Assembly: GCA_043228905.1 (NCBI GenBank)
Contig: JBHGNT010000016.1
Span: forward strand, 15,500,001-15,564,000
DNA length: 64,000 nt
Direction of reading: 5' to 3'
Source: Azolla caroliniana
Lineage: Eukaryota > Plantae > Polypodiophyta
The translations under genes were made by a program, and so were the position numbers. This document shows, one piece after another, positions 45,501 to 57,764 of the stretch. Numbering within the stretch: position 1 is the stretch's first letter; every line of letters begins with the position of its first letter. Below the pieces are notes generated by a model. That model did not search any database, was not told the origin of the DNA, and saw nothing but the letters and a program-made list of their open reading frames with translations.

Positions 45501-48219
45501 GGCAGGTAGCAGGACGCGGACTCGTCAAACACAACGTCGCGGCTGACACGCGCTTGTTTGGTGTGAGGGTTATAGCACTTATAACCCTTCTGCTCGTCCG
45601 AGTAACCGACCAAGATTCATTTCTCGGCCTTTGCGTCCAGCTTCCTCCTTTTCTCCTTCGGTATATGCACATACGCAATGCTACCAAACACCCTCAAGTG
45701 TCGCAAGTTCGGCTTCGTTCCGAAATATAGCTCGTGCGCCGACACTTTGTCTACAATCCGATTCTGGATGTATACCGCGGTCCTTACCGCCTCGGCCCAA
45801 TAGAACTTGGGCAAGCTCTTCTCCTCCAGCATTGCCCATGCCGCTTCCACAACTGACCGATTCTTCCTCTCGGCCACGTCGTTCTGCTCTGGCGTGTATC
45901 TACAACTGAATTCGCACCGAATTCCCATTTGTTGTAGATAACCGTTGAATTGACCGGAAAAGTACTCTTTCCCGCCATCCGACCGCATACACTTGATCTT
46001 TCGTCCCGTTTCCGTTTCCACGAACCCTTTGAGGTCCCAGAAACAGTCGAAGACTTCGCTCTTCCTCTCAATGAGGTAGATCCACGTGTGCCGCGTGTGG
46101 TCATCGATGAAGGAGACGAAATATCGGCTCCCGCCAAGACTAATGTTTTGTGCCGGCCCCCATACATCGGAGTGTATAAGGTCGAGCTTGTTCCGGCTCC
46201 AATTTTGCTCGTTGGGGAAAGGAAGTCGGTGTTGCTTCCCGAGCTGGCAGGCTTCACAAATTTGTGCCTTTCAGCCACTAAATTTGGGCAATCTGAACAC
46301 TACCTGTTTCGATTGCAGATCTTGAAGCCGCTGGTAGTTGACGTGGCCTATCCGCTTGTGCCACAAGTCGATGTCCGACTCGGATTTTTGTCCCTTCGCG
46401 AACATTGCGGTGCCGCCGTCAATGGAGTCGAGGATGAACATCCTACCGTCTCTGCGCCCTTGCGCAATCACACGGCCTTCTTCCTCAATGAAGCACCCGA
46501 GGTGTGTAAACCGAACCTCCATCCCTTGGTCGACGATCTGTCCGACCGAGACCAAGTTTTTCGTGATTGTCGGAACGTGCAGCACGTTCATGAGTTTCCC
46601 TTTCTGCCCGACATGGCTAAGGGGAACTTCTCCGACATTCGCGATCGGATGCGGAGTGTCGTCTCCAGTTGCGACTACTCCAGGCTGTATCGGTTTTTCA
46701 ATGTACGAGAACCACTCCTTATGGCTCGTCATGTGGTTTGACGAGCTGGAGTCTACGTACCACACCTCGTCTGATCTCGGGGTGCTCTGTTTCATTGAGT
46801 TTGCTTCGTGTCTCTTCACGAAGACAGACCCTTCTCCGGCTCTCCCGGAGTCTTTGGCGTAGTGCGATCGTTGCTGATTTCCCTTGTGGGTATGTCCGGA
46901 GCCGTTTCCGGAACCAGTTCTCTCCGAATCGGCGCGCTTCTTCCAGCACTCACTTTCCCTGTGGCCTTTCTTGCCACAGTACCAGCACTCCACGATGGCC
47001 TTCCCTTGCCGGTTCTCATCGCTTCGACTTCCCCTGTTTCCGGAGGGTCCGGAGTTGCTGTCGGCATCACTTCGGTGCCTTCTTCCTTGATCTCGTCGGC
47101 CGCCTTCATTGCGCCCCGACTCGGCTCGTCCTCCACGTCCACGGGGCCTATCTCCCTCTGTGTACAGCATTCTGCTGTCAGCGTGCGTGCTTGTAGACGC
47201 ACCCGCGTGGTTCTCCTCTACCAGGAGCATCGACTGTAAGTCGAAAAAGGACGGCGTATTCTCCCGGGTACACACAGCCATTCGGAACGCTCCGAACTTC
47301 GACGCCAAACCTCCGAGACAGATCTGGACCATCTCGCTCTCCTCGATGTTCACCTCTATGGAGGCGAGGGAGTCGCAGATATCCTTGATCTTCGAGGTAT
47401 AGTCCGCCACCGACAAGTCGTGTTGTCGTAGGTTGCTCAACTCATGTCGGAGCTGAAGCTTCCTGGCTGTGGTGATCGCGGCGAAAATCTTCTTCAGATT
47501 TTCCCACGCACCCTTCGGCATCTTTGCATCCCGAACATAGCTCAATAGTTGTTCGCCCACACACGACGCGAAGCAGTATAATACCCTGCTCGCCGATTGC
47601 TCCCACGACGGAAAGTCTCTGTGTGTCGATTCAGGTGCCGCATCATTAGCTCCTTCAACATAACTCCAGTAGTCGTGCCCGAGCAGGTACTGGTGCATCT
47701 TGTAGGACCAAGACGCGTAGTTGGTTATGTCGAGCTTCTCTGTTGGAAGCGAGCTCGCCATGCCTCTATCCATCGTTCTTCTTGTTCTTCTTCGTCAAGT
47801 TGTGTCGGCTGCAGAGAGGTTCTCAACCCTCGCGCTCTGATACCATGTAAAGAGTAGCGTGCGGAAGCAAGTATAAAGACAGAACAGAAGGAAGAACACT
47901 CAGGTTTAATGGAGAGCTTGAGCTTACACAGTATACGCGGGAGAGACCGAGAGAGTTTTAGAGAAGACACCAAAGGGAGAGTATATTATGAAAGACAAAA
48001 AACTATACATATATGTGTTCAATGAACACTTTGTACAAGCCCTAGAAGGACTGACTGGAGTACTGACAGTACTTCAATGCTCATTAAGAGCTCCTACACT
48101 AACTCCCAAATATATTCCTCACGGAATATCTTTCCTAACGGCCTAACCGATCGGTCCCAGCCGATCCGGTCCTCGGCTTCTTCAACCGATCCGGCCGATG
48201 TTGAGCTTGTCTCTCAACA
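42580..48219 (-). mobile_element. Structurally complete Copia element
   Basis: LTRs 42580-42954 and 47846-48219 (about ten differences seen); exact TSD GAGGC; tRNA-iMet PBS 47834-45; PPT 42955-66. Confidence 0.96.
43447..47761 (-). pseudogene. pol: Copia gag-pol polyprotein (two stops, one frameshift)
   Basis: MASSLPTEKL; CWYCGKKGHRESEC; WYVDSSSSNHM; RSDGGKEY; YVDD; KHIEVHYHF. Confidence 0.95.
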
Positions 48220-49835
48220 GAGGCCACAAACCCCATCTTACGCAACCGGTGCGTGATTTTCACATTCCAAGCTCGGGGGGCTTGCTTCAGACCATAAAGT
48301 GACTTTTTGAGTCAGCACACCGCCGACCTGTTAAGCTCCGATTGAAAACCAGGGGGTTGGATCATATAAACCCGTTCTTCAAGGTCACCTTGAAGAAACA
48401 CATTCTTCACATCCAGGGGGTTGGATCATATAGACCCCTTGCCACAACAACAACCAATACCACACGGACCGTCATCATTTTCGCTACCGGAGCGAAGGTC
48501 TCGTCGTAGTCGATTCAGTGGGTCTATGCATATCCCTTCAACACTAATCGGTCCTTGTATTGGTTGACCGAACCGTCGGCATTGTACTTCACCTTGTACA
48601 CCCCCTTGTAACCGATCGGTTTACATAGTCGGGGAGGGTCAACCAGGTCCCAAGTGTCGTTGGCATCGAGTGCCCGCATTTCTTTTCCTAAGCATCACGC
48701 CAATTTTCATCTTTCGTGGCTTTTGCATAGCTCTCCACCTCACGCACTTCCACCATCTTGGTCATATACGCATAGTGATGAACCATGTACTCATTGTATC
48801 CGTACCATTTTCCGGGGTTCCTTTGGCGGGTTGACCGGCGTAATTTTCCGCCATCCGGTTTGAGGCCCTTCTTGGCTAGTTCAAACTTTGTTTCTGAAGA
48901 TCCAATTTTGTTCTGTCTAGATTCAGAATCCCTCCAATTTGACTCTTCGCTATCAGTGTCATATTCCCCTTCTCTGTCCGCGTGAACCGTCTCCTCGGTT
49001 CCTTGCGCGGGGAGAGCACAGCAGAGTCTCCACTACTCGCTAGTTCTTCATCCGACTGGTCATTCCGACTCAGCCACTCATTTGACCCACTTAGCCGGAA
49101 TGAGATCGGACTCTCATCGAGAGTACCGAATTCTTCATCTTTTACCTGAACCTCTCCGGGTTCACTAGCCTCATCCTCCGGAATCAGGTCTTCATTAGGA
49201 GTTGGAGTCGGTAGAGAGTACCATGATGCCAACTCATCAAACTCGACATCTTGACTTACTAGGACCTGTTTAGTTCGGGGTTTATAACACTTATACCCCT
49301 TTTGTTCATGCGAGTAGCCGACTAGTATGTACTTCTCCGACTTCAGATCCAGCTTCCTCCGCTTCTCATCCGGTACATGCACATATGCTATGCTACCGAA
49401 TATCCAAAGGTGTCTAAAATTCGGCTTCCGCCCGAAATATAGCTCATGTGCGGACACCTTGTCTCCGATCTGGTTTTGGATGTAGACGGCCGTTCGGACC
49501 ACCTCAACCCAGTAGAATTTGGGCATGCTCTTCATCTCCAACATTGCCCTTGCCGTGTCGATAATCAACCGGTTCTTTCTCTCAGCCACACCATTTTGTT
49601 CCGCGGTGTATAGGCAGTTGAATTCTCTCCGAACCTTTTTGCTACAGATAACTATTGAATTGGCCAGAAAGGTATTCTTTTCCGCCATCCGACTGCAGGC
49701 ACTTGATCTTTCTTTCTGTTTCCCTCTCGACGAGGCTTTGTAGATTCCAGAAACAGTCGAAGACTTCACTTTTCCTCTCAATGTGGTCGATCCATGTGTG
49801 CCGGTTGTAGTTGTCAATGAAGGAGATGAAATACC

Positions 49836-52800
49836 TATTTGGAATTTAGGTCCCCTCTGGATGGGATCCGAATGAGAACCATACGAGCCAGGTGAAACCC
49901 AAAAACCGGATCGAGGGAATCCGGATGGATATGGTGCAAACCAAATCCAAGGATATATTTGTAAATATGTTAGAGTAAGCCCATTGAGGCTATATTTGTA
50001 AATAGGCCTAAAGTCATATGAGTATAAATATGACTTAGGGAAACCACATAGCGTATGAGAAGGTGGTTATCATTCTTGTAAGTGTGTGTAACCAAGACAA
50101 AGAGAGAGACAGAGAGAGAGAGAGTGAGTGATACGCTATTGTATCTGCTCATTGGCGAAGGGAGATCTCAAGGTCGTTGCCTCTAAGACCTTCATTCTTG
50201 TAACCTCTCTCAGTTCTTCATATAGTGATAGTTAGGAGTCTATGGGCTCCCGTGGTTTTTCCCTATTAGGGTTTTCCACGTAAAACACACTGTGTACTCT
50301 TTATTGTTGTCTGTGTACGTGCATTCTTCTCCTTCTTCCATTTTCTGTGTTTGATTCTCCATAGAGTGCTTGAAGACTCGGTTGTAGCCGAGCAATATTC
50401 CGTGCAATTTCCCATCAATCTAGTATCAGAGCTAACAAGCAAATGGAAGAATCGTTCGACGGCATGTTCAAGCTCACCAGCCCCAACTACTCAGTGTTGG
50501 CATAAAAGGCCGACTCCTTCCACCTTGTATCCGTTTGAGTGTGAACTCGACAATAAGTTAGGCCTTAGTATATAAGTGAATACCTAACATTGTAATGGAT
50601 GACGACGAAAGACGATTGTAATCTCTGAGAGAGAAAACGCGTTGTAATAAGAAGCTTTCCATTAAAGCTCGTATCTATGTAAGTCTCAATCTGCCCTTTC
50701 TACTTTCTGTTTACGTTGTTTGTTGTTCATAGCCAAACAATCCAAACACACACTTCTGCATAACTGTCGACTCATTCACTAACAAGTGGTATCAGAGCTA
50801 TGTTCTGCTATGCGGCGGCAACAGATAACAAAAGAAGAAGCTGAAAGAAAAGACCAGGTCAAAAACATCAAATCCACAGAAAGAATATGGCTTCAACATC
50901 CAGAATGGGAGTTGAAATTAGAAAGTTCGATGGCAAAAACTTTGCCTTGTGGAAAGAGATGATGCAAGATGTGTTGATTATCCGAAGACAACCAAAGCCA
51001 TTCAGCATAAGGAAAAGCCTGCTTCGATGACAACAGAAGAGTGGAGATCAATGGATGAAATAGCACGCTCTACCATCTAAATGCATCTGGCTAAAAACGT
51101 CTATTTCAGCATGGCAAAAGAGACGACATTGTTCTCATTGTGGGAGAAATTATAGGCCGTATATGAGAAGAAGTCCTCATCTTTAAAACTGATATTGATC
51201 AAACAATTGTTCAACATGAAGATGAAAGAGACTGATCCGGCAACCTCCCACATCAACACCTTCAACCAGGTGCTGTCAGAGCTCTCGTCTAAGGGATCAA
51301 CTTCGAAGAAGAAGTGAAAGTCCTTGCCCTCCTATCGAGCTTGCCGGCGAGTTGGGAGGTATTCTGTACGACATACGCCAATAGACAACCGATCCTGAAT
51401 TTGGACGAAACAACCGATCAAGTCCTCACAGAGGACATCAGGCAAAAATCGGTGGAACTAACCATCGATGAGTCAGCAGAAGCCCATCACTCGACCGAGT
51501 CGTTCGACCGACAGAGTCGAATGAAAGAACAAGTCGACAGAATCGGTCGACGCTACAGCTGATCGAAAACAAGGGGTGACCGACAATGGTCGAAGTCGAG
51601 AACGGGCCGAACAAGTGAGTACTGACACACTACAAGAAAGCTGGCCGCAACGTTTCTGACTGCTGGTCAATAAAAAGAAAAGAGAGTGGTCGGCGATCCG
51701 AGCGAAATCGGGGATGTTCCGACTCGGACCACTCTCTAGTCGACAACCAGATCAATGTTGCAGACACCCGATCCAGAGAAATCCTCTCTCTAGAGGACTC
51801 GATGATCGGAGAAGTCCTCTATAGTGCACAAGTTGCACACATGTGGCTACTAGACTTCGGTGCCACATTTCACGTGACCCCCAACGTCTAATAGTTTTCG
51901 AACTATTCAGTTGACGCCAGCGGCACAGTCCGACTGGGAAACGGGTAGGAGTGCAAGATAGTCAGAACATGGGAGGTTCCCATCAGATTGCCAAATGGCA
52001 ACACAATAACCCTACACCAAGTTTGGCACATACCCGATCTAAAGAGGAGTCTGGTCTCCATTGGAATGTTAGCCAAACATGGGTACAGAATGACTCTACA
52101 CGAGTTGACATGGATGATCATCCAAGGAAACCTAAAAATCGAGAGTGGGTACAAGTACAACAATCTATACCCATTGATGGCGATCAACCCTGAAGGGGCC
52201 GTGAACGTAGCCGAAAAGACCGACCCAAACTTATGGCATGGCCGACTCGGCCATATGTCTCAAGCCGGAATTGATCAACTGATGTCGGTTGGCTACCTCC
52301 CGAAACTCCAGGCAAAGACGAACTTCTACGAGCATTGTCGATATGGGAAACAGACCCAAAGTCTGCATTCTCTCCACTACGAGATGGTACGACAACCCCT
52401 GGAGCTCGTGCACACAGACATATGTGGGCCCATGCCAGAGCGATCACTAAGAGGCTCCCGGTACTTCATCACATTCATAGATGACTATACACGGAAAGTT
52501 TGGGCATACTCCATCAAGTCCAAAGATGAAGCGCTCAGGGTCTTCACTCGATGGATATCTAAAGTGGAGAACTGGTCGGGACACAGAGTGAAGTCACTCT
52601 AATCTGATAACGGAGGTGAGTACACCTCCAGAGCCTTCAAATAGTACTTTTCCGAAAAAGGGATCCGGCATCAAAAGACCGTTCCTTACACACCCATGCA
52701 GAATGGGGTGGCTGAACGGATCAACTAAACGATCTACGAGAGGATGACGGCAATGCTCCAGCAAGACGGACTGAAGCTGGAATTCTGGGCCAAGGCATTG

Positions 52801-55800
52801 CAGACGGCAGTGTACCTGATAAATCTAGCGTCGTCAAGAGCAATCAGGCTCGAAGTGCCACAGGCACTATGGTCTGGCAAATAGCCAACTTACGATTGGC
52901 TTCATATATTCGGATGCAAGGCCTACGCGTTCATCCCAAGGGAAAAAAGGACGAAGTTGGCACCCCATGCAACAAAGTGCATATTTCTCGGTTATGGAAC
53001 CGATGGGGACTTCGGCTACCGGCTATGGGACCTTGAGAACCGAAAATTGATCCAGAGTAGCAATGTGGTCTTCAATGAAGACTCTATCTTCTCTCAAAGG
53101 AACCAACAGAAAATAGTAAGCAAGAAGGTATCCTTTGAAGATGACAACGTCATCGTAGAAAGATCGACCCACCGGGCCAAATTAGAGAGTCAACAGACAA
53201 TTGAACTCCAACCAGCCAACACCGAATCGGCCATAAGTCCCAACGTCGAAATTGAAGAAAAAGTCATCAAAGACAGAGCCAAATCGACGAAGGTCAATCA
53301 AGGCAGAGTCAACAAGGGACAAGTCAGAAAAGAGTCGACAACAACCACAGGGGAGAACAACCAGACACCGCCGAAATCCCAAACCAGGGGCGGAATACCG
53401 AACAAGACTCCTGACTCAACTAGTTCAACAAATGCCAATCGTTAAAAGGAACTAATCGAAGAATCTGAACCAAATAATACGGCACCCAAGAGATCTGGAC
53501 GAGCTCGAAGGCAAACAGAATTTTATCAACCGGGCCTTGACTACGTCAACTACACGGATGCAGGCAAACCACACACGTATGACGAAGCTATGGCCGCACC
53601 GGATGCCGAAACATGGCTACAAGCCATGAAATCCGAAATGGACTCGATTCATCATAATCAGACATGGGAGCTGGTCAAACTACCAGTAGGACGAAAGCCG
53701 CTACCTTGCAAGTGGGTATTCCGATACAAATATGTATCTGATTTAGAGAAACCCAAGTATAAAGCTCGACTTGTCGCGAAAGGGTTCAAACAAGAAGATG
53801 GGGTTGACTACGACAAGATATTTTCACCAGTAGTCAAGATGACCACCCTCTGACTCCTACTAGGAGTTGTGGCGACAAAGGACCTAGAGCTAGAGTAGAT
53901 GGATGTAAAGAAGGCATTCCTACACGGAGATCTGGAAGAAGACATATACATGTCTCAATCGGCAGGCTTCACAGTGACGGGGGAGGACAATCACCTCGTA
54001 TGCAGACTAAAGAAAAGTCTATATGTCCTCAAACAAGCGCCGAGAATGCGGTACCAAAAGTTCGACTCCTACATACGGCAGCTTGGATACAACAGATCAA
54101 ACTCCGACCCATGCATGTATGTTCGGCAACTGGCCGACGAGTCAAGGATCTATCTGATCCTATATGTCAACGACATGTTGATTGCAGGAAGCAATCAGGC
54201 AGAGATCAGTAAGCTGAAGCGGAGCCTTCATGCAAAATTCGCGACGAAGGAACTAGGACAAGCCCGACACATACTAGGCATGAGGATAGAGCGAAATTGG
54301 ACAACCAGGACTCTCCGACTCTCCCAGTCCGATTACATCCGCAAAGTGTTGAAGCGCTTCAACATGGAGAATGTGAAGCCCGCACTGACACCGCTTCCGA
54401 CGTTGATCAGACTATCAGATAGAGACTCTCCTGCAACAGACAAGGAGAGAGAGCTTAATGGAAAGATACCCTATGCATCGCTAGTAGGAAGTATAATGTA
54501 CACATCGGCAGTAGGAAGTATCATGCGAAGCCTGCACTGACACCGCTTCTGACGTCGATCAGACTATCGGATAGAGACTCTCCTGCAACAGACAAGGAGA
54601 GAGAGCTTAATGGAAAGATACCCTATGCATCGGCAGTAGGAACCTGATATCAGCAGGTCGGCTAGATGATGAAGGCTACACAGGTAGCATCCAGAACAGA
54701 GTCATGAAATTCAGCAAAGGAAGCCTGATTGTGGCTCCAATCCGGAGCATGCTGGCACATGCAAAGCAACCCAAGACGTTTTGGGCTGACGCGCTGATGA
54801 CGGCGATGTATATGATAAACAGATCACCCTCAGCACCCTTGGATGGAGACACACCACAGAGAGTATGGACCGGTAAAGACATGTCTTACCGGCATCTAAA
54901 GGTGTTTGGGTGTCTCGCATATGTGTGTGTTGCAAAGGACAAGAGAGCAAAGATGGATCTGAAGTCTAGGCCATGCATATTCCTTGGATACGGCAATGAT
55001 GAGTTCGGTTACCGAGTGTGGGATCTGGTCGACAAGAAGGTATTCCAAAGTCGGGACATTATCTTCATGGAGGATAAGACTATTGTCGATTGGGAGTCGG
55101 AGAAAAAGATAACGGATTCCGGGTTTACAGGCAAAGATCAACTGAAGGAGTTGAGGACCCATCCGGTCGGAAGCCAAATGACACTCGAAGAACCGGCTGG
55201 ATTCGGAGCCGAAACCGAACCGACCGAAGAAGAAGAGGACGAAGCTGAAACTAGAACCGGACAAGACCCCGAAATGGATTCTGATGAGGAACAGATGGAA
55301 GAACCGGTTGCCGAAAGCCAAGGACGAATGTATCCGCTAAGGGAGAGAAAAACCCCCTTGAGATTTACGGATCCAGAGCACGTACTGTTGACTGATGGGG
55401 GGGAGCCAGAAGGCTTCGAAGAAGCAAAGAAAGACACCCACAGCCGCAAGTGGTTAAGTGCCATGCAGGATGAAATGGATTCCATGCATGAGAACCACAC
55501 ATATGAACTGATCGAGCTGCCGAAAGGACAGAGGGCACTCCGGAACAAGTAGGTGTACAAACTGAAACCGGGAGACGCTGGAAATCCACCGAGGTACAAT
55601 GCCCAAATCGTGGTCAAGGGTTTCTAGCAGAAGAAAGGAGAGGATTTCGACGAGATATTTGCCCCGGTAGTTAACATGACTTCCATCCAGACGATGTTGA
55701 GCATAGTTGCAAGCATGGACCTCAAGGTAGAGCAACTAGATGTCAAAACGGCATTCCTCCATGGTGACCTTGAAGAAGAAATCTACATGCAGCAACCGGA

Positions 55801-56908
55801 AGGATTTCTGGAGAGAGCGAAGGAGCACCTAGTTTTCCGGTTGAAGAAGAGACTTTACAGTTTGAAGCAAGCTCCTCGGCAATGGTACCGGAAATTCGAC
55901 TCCTTCATGACGGATCAAGGGTACCATAAGATGCAAACCAATGATTGTGTGTTTGTGAAGAAATTTGACAGAGGATATTTCTTGATATTGCTCCTGTACG
56001 TGGACGACATGTTGATCGTCGGACGAGACCAAGTCAAGATACAAATGTTGAAGAAGGCCCTAAACCGGACCTTCTCAATGAAAGAATTGGGTCCGGCAAG
56101 ACATATTTTGGGGATACACATCATCCGGGACCGGTCGAAGAAGTTGTTGTGGTTGTCACAGGAGAAGTACATGACAAAGGTGCTTCAACGGTTCAACATG
56201 TCGGAGGAAAAACTGGTCGGATCTACCCTTCCGGAAAATTACAAGCTATCCGGAAAACAAAGCCCGAAGACGAACGCAGAGAAGATGGATATGATGAAGG
56301 TACCGTATGCCTCTGCTGTCAGAAGTCTAATGTATGCAATGGTGTGCACCCGGCCGGATATCGGATATGCAGTCAGAGTGGTGAGTCAGTTCATGAGCAA
56401 TCCCGGAAAAGAGCATTGGAACACGGCCAAGTGGATACTCCGGTATTTGAAAGGCACTTCGAGTATGTGCCTCTGATTCGGCGCTGGTAAACCCCAACTA
56501 GACGGATTCATGGATTTGGATATGTCGGCTAATGCAGATACCAGCCAGTCTACATCCAGATATGTGATGACTTATGCAGGGGGAGCCGTATCGTGGCAGT
56601 CGAGGCTGCAAAAGTCCGTTGCACTATCAACAACGGAAGCAGAGTATATGGCAGTTGTGGAAGCCGGCAAGGAAGTAATCTGGATGAAGGACTTCATCAA
56701 AGAGCTAGGGATCCGACAGGAGGAATACATGCTCTCCACCTTGCAAAGAACGCAACGTACCACTCCAGGACAAAGCACATCCATCATAGGTATCATTGGC
56801 TCCAGGAGAAGATAGAAGATAAAGACTTCGTGTTGATGAAGATCCACACGGAGGAGAACGGATCGGACATGCTGACCAAGGTGATGACAGCCGACAAGTT
56901 GGACGCGT
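49836..56908 (+). mobile_element. Outer Tork-like Copia (5' LTR, PBS, gag start, PR scrap, INT-RT-RH), internally deleted
   Basis: LTR 49836-50417; PBS tagtatcagagc 50421-32; gag MEESFDGMFKLTSPNYS from 50443; NLISAGRLDDEGY at ~54641; INT/RT/RH remnants 54740-56908. Confidence 0.85.
50495..54642 (+). mobile_element. Inner Tork-like Copia, 3'-truncated and decayed
   Basis: LTR 50495-50784; PBS tggtatcagagc 50787-98; gag from 50887; PR, INT (VHTDICGP) and RT to ~54640. Confidence 0.9.
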
Positions 56909-57764
56909 TGTCGAGATATTACGCAAGTGCGTGTGAAAACGAGGCGGGACCGCGGGGGTCTCGAACCAAAGAGCAAGCAAGGGAGGAGAAAGAGAGAGAA
57001 CCGGCTACGCAGGACCGGGGATACGCAGGGACACGGCCCTTCAGCACGGAGAACGCGACAGACACCGACACAGACAGATGCGAATGACTAAATGTGTATA
57101 TTAACAAAAATGGCTAGCACGACTACAACCCTCGATGGGGCGCAGGTGGGTTACAACCGAACAGGCCGGCGAACAGATGCCGATGCCTGTTCGCTTCGAC
57201 GCACAAAAGGGGGGAGCAGGTCGGAGGTGCTGCCGGAAGCACTCAGGCGTTCCTCGAAACAGCGCGAGCCTCCTCGGAAGCCTGCACAGAAAGCTATGGA
57301 GCTCAAGAAGGAAGGAAAACAGAGAGAGAAGCGTCCAGAAACGGTCCGACAGCACTTCGTCCTCTCTGCGCGAGATCCCTGCAACAGCTCTTTCCTGCTC
57401 CTTATATAGGCCGTTGAGCAGGCCTTCGTCTCAGCTTTATTCCCTGTCCCTTTTGACAGGGATCTCCTCCGATCTTCCCGCATCCGCGTAGTTACGCCGC
57501 CGACTCGTACAGTTCGCGCGCGTGACCGAAAAGACTGTTCGCGCGGTCTTTGTCTCCCCTCGTGTTAGGGCCCGTTCCTGCCGATTATCCTCCTAATTCG
57601 ATTCTATGTACAACTTGGAGCGTGCGCGTGTGAAGAACCGGTTCCTACGCCTCGGTGCGCCGATTCCGCTTAGGGACGGTTTTCTTCACGACATCCGCCC
57701 CCACCTAACCGCGCATCCTCCGGTATGCGCCAAGAGAGTTGGGACGGAGAAAACCGGCCCGTCT

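Larger units (their letters stand above)
34824..49835 (-). mobile_element. Decayed Copia hosting two nested insertions; cut at 49836 by another Copia
   Basis: 3' LTR 34824-35232 plus PPT; RH 35800-36316; RT pieces 42198-42579 and 48220-48700; INT 48876-49835. Confidence 0.88.

Noticed and set aside
46268-46276. In-frame stops in Copia pol (46271, 45617) and chromovirus gag (41115) as programmed readthrough
   Set aside because: They fall inside conserved domains and fit simple point mutations (CGA>TGA, TGC>TGA)
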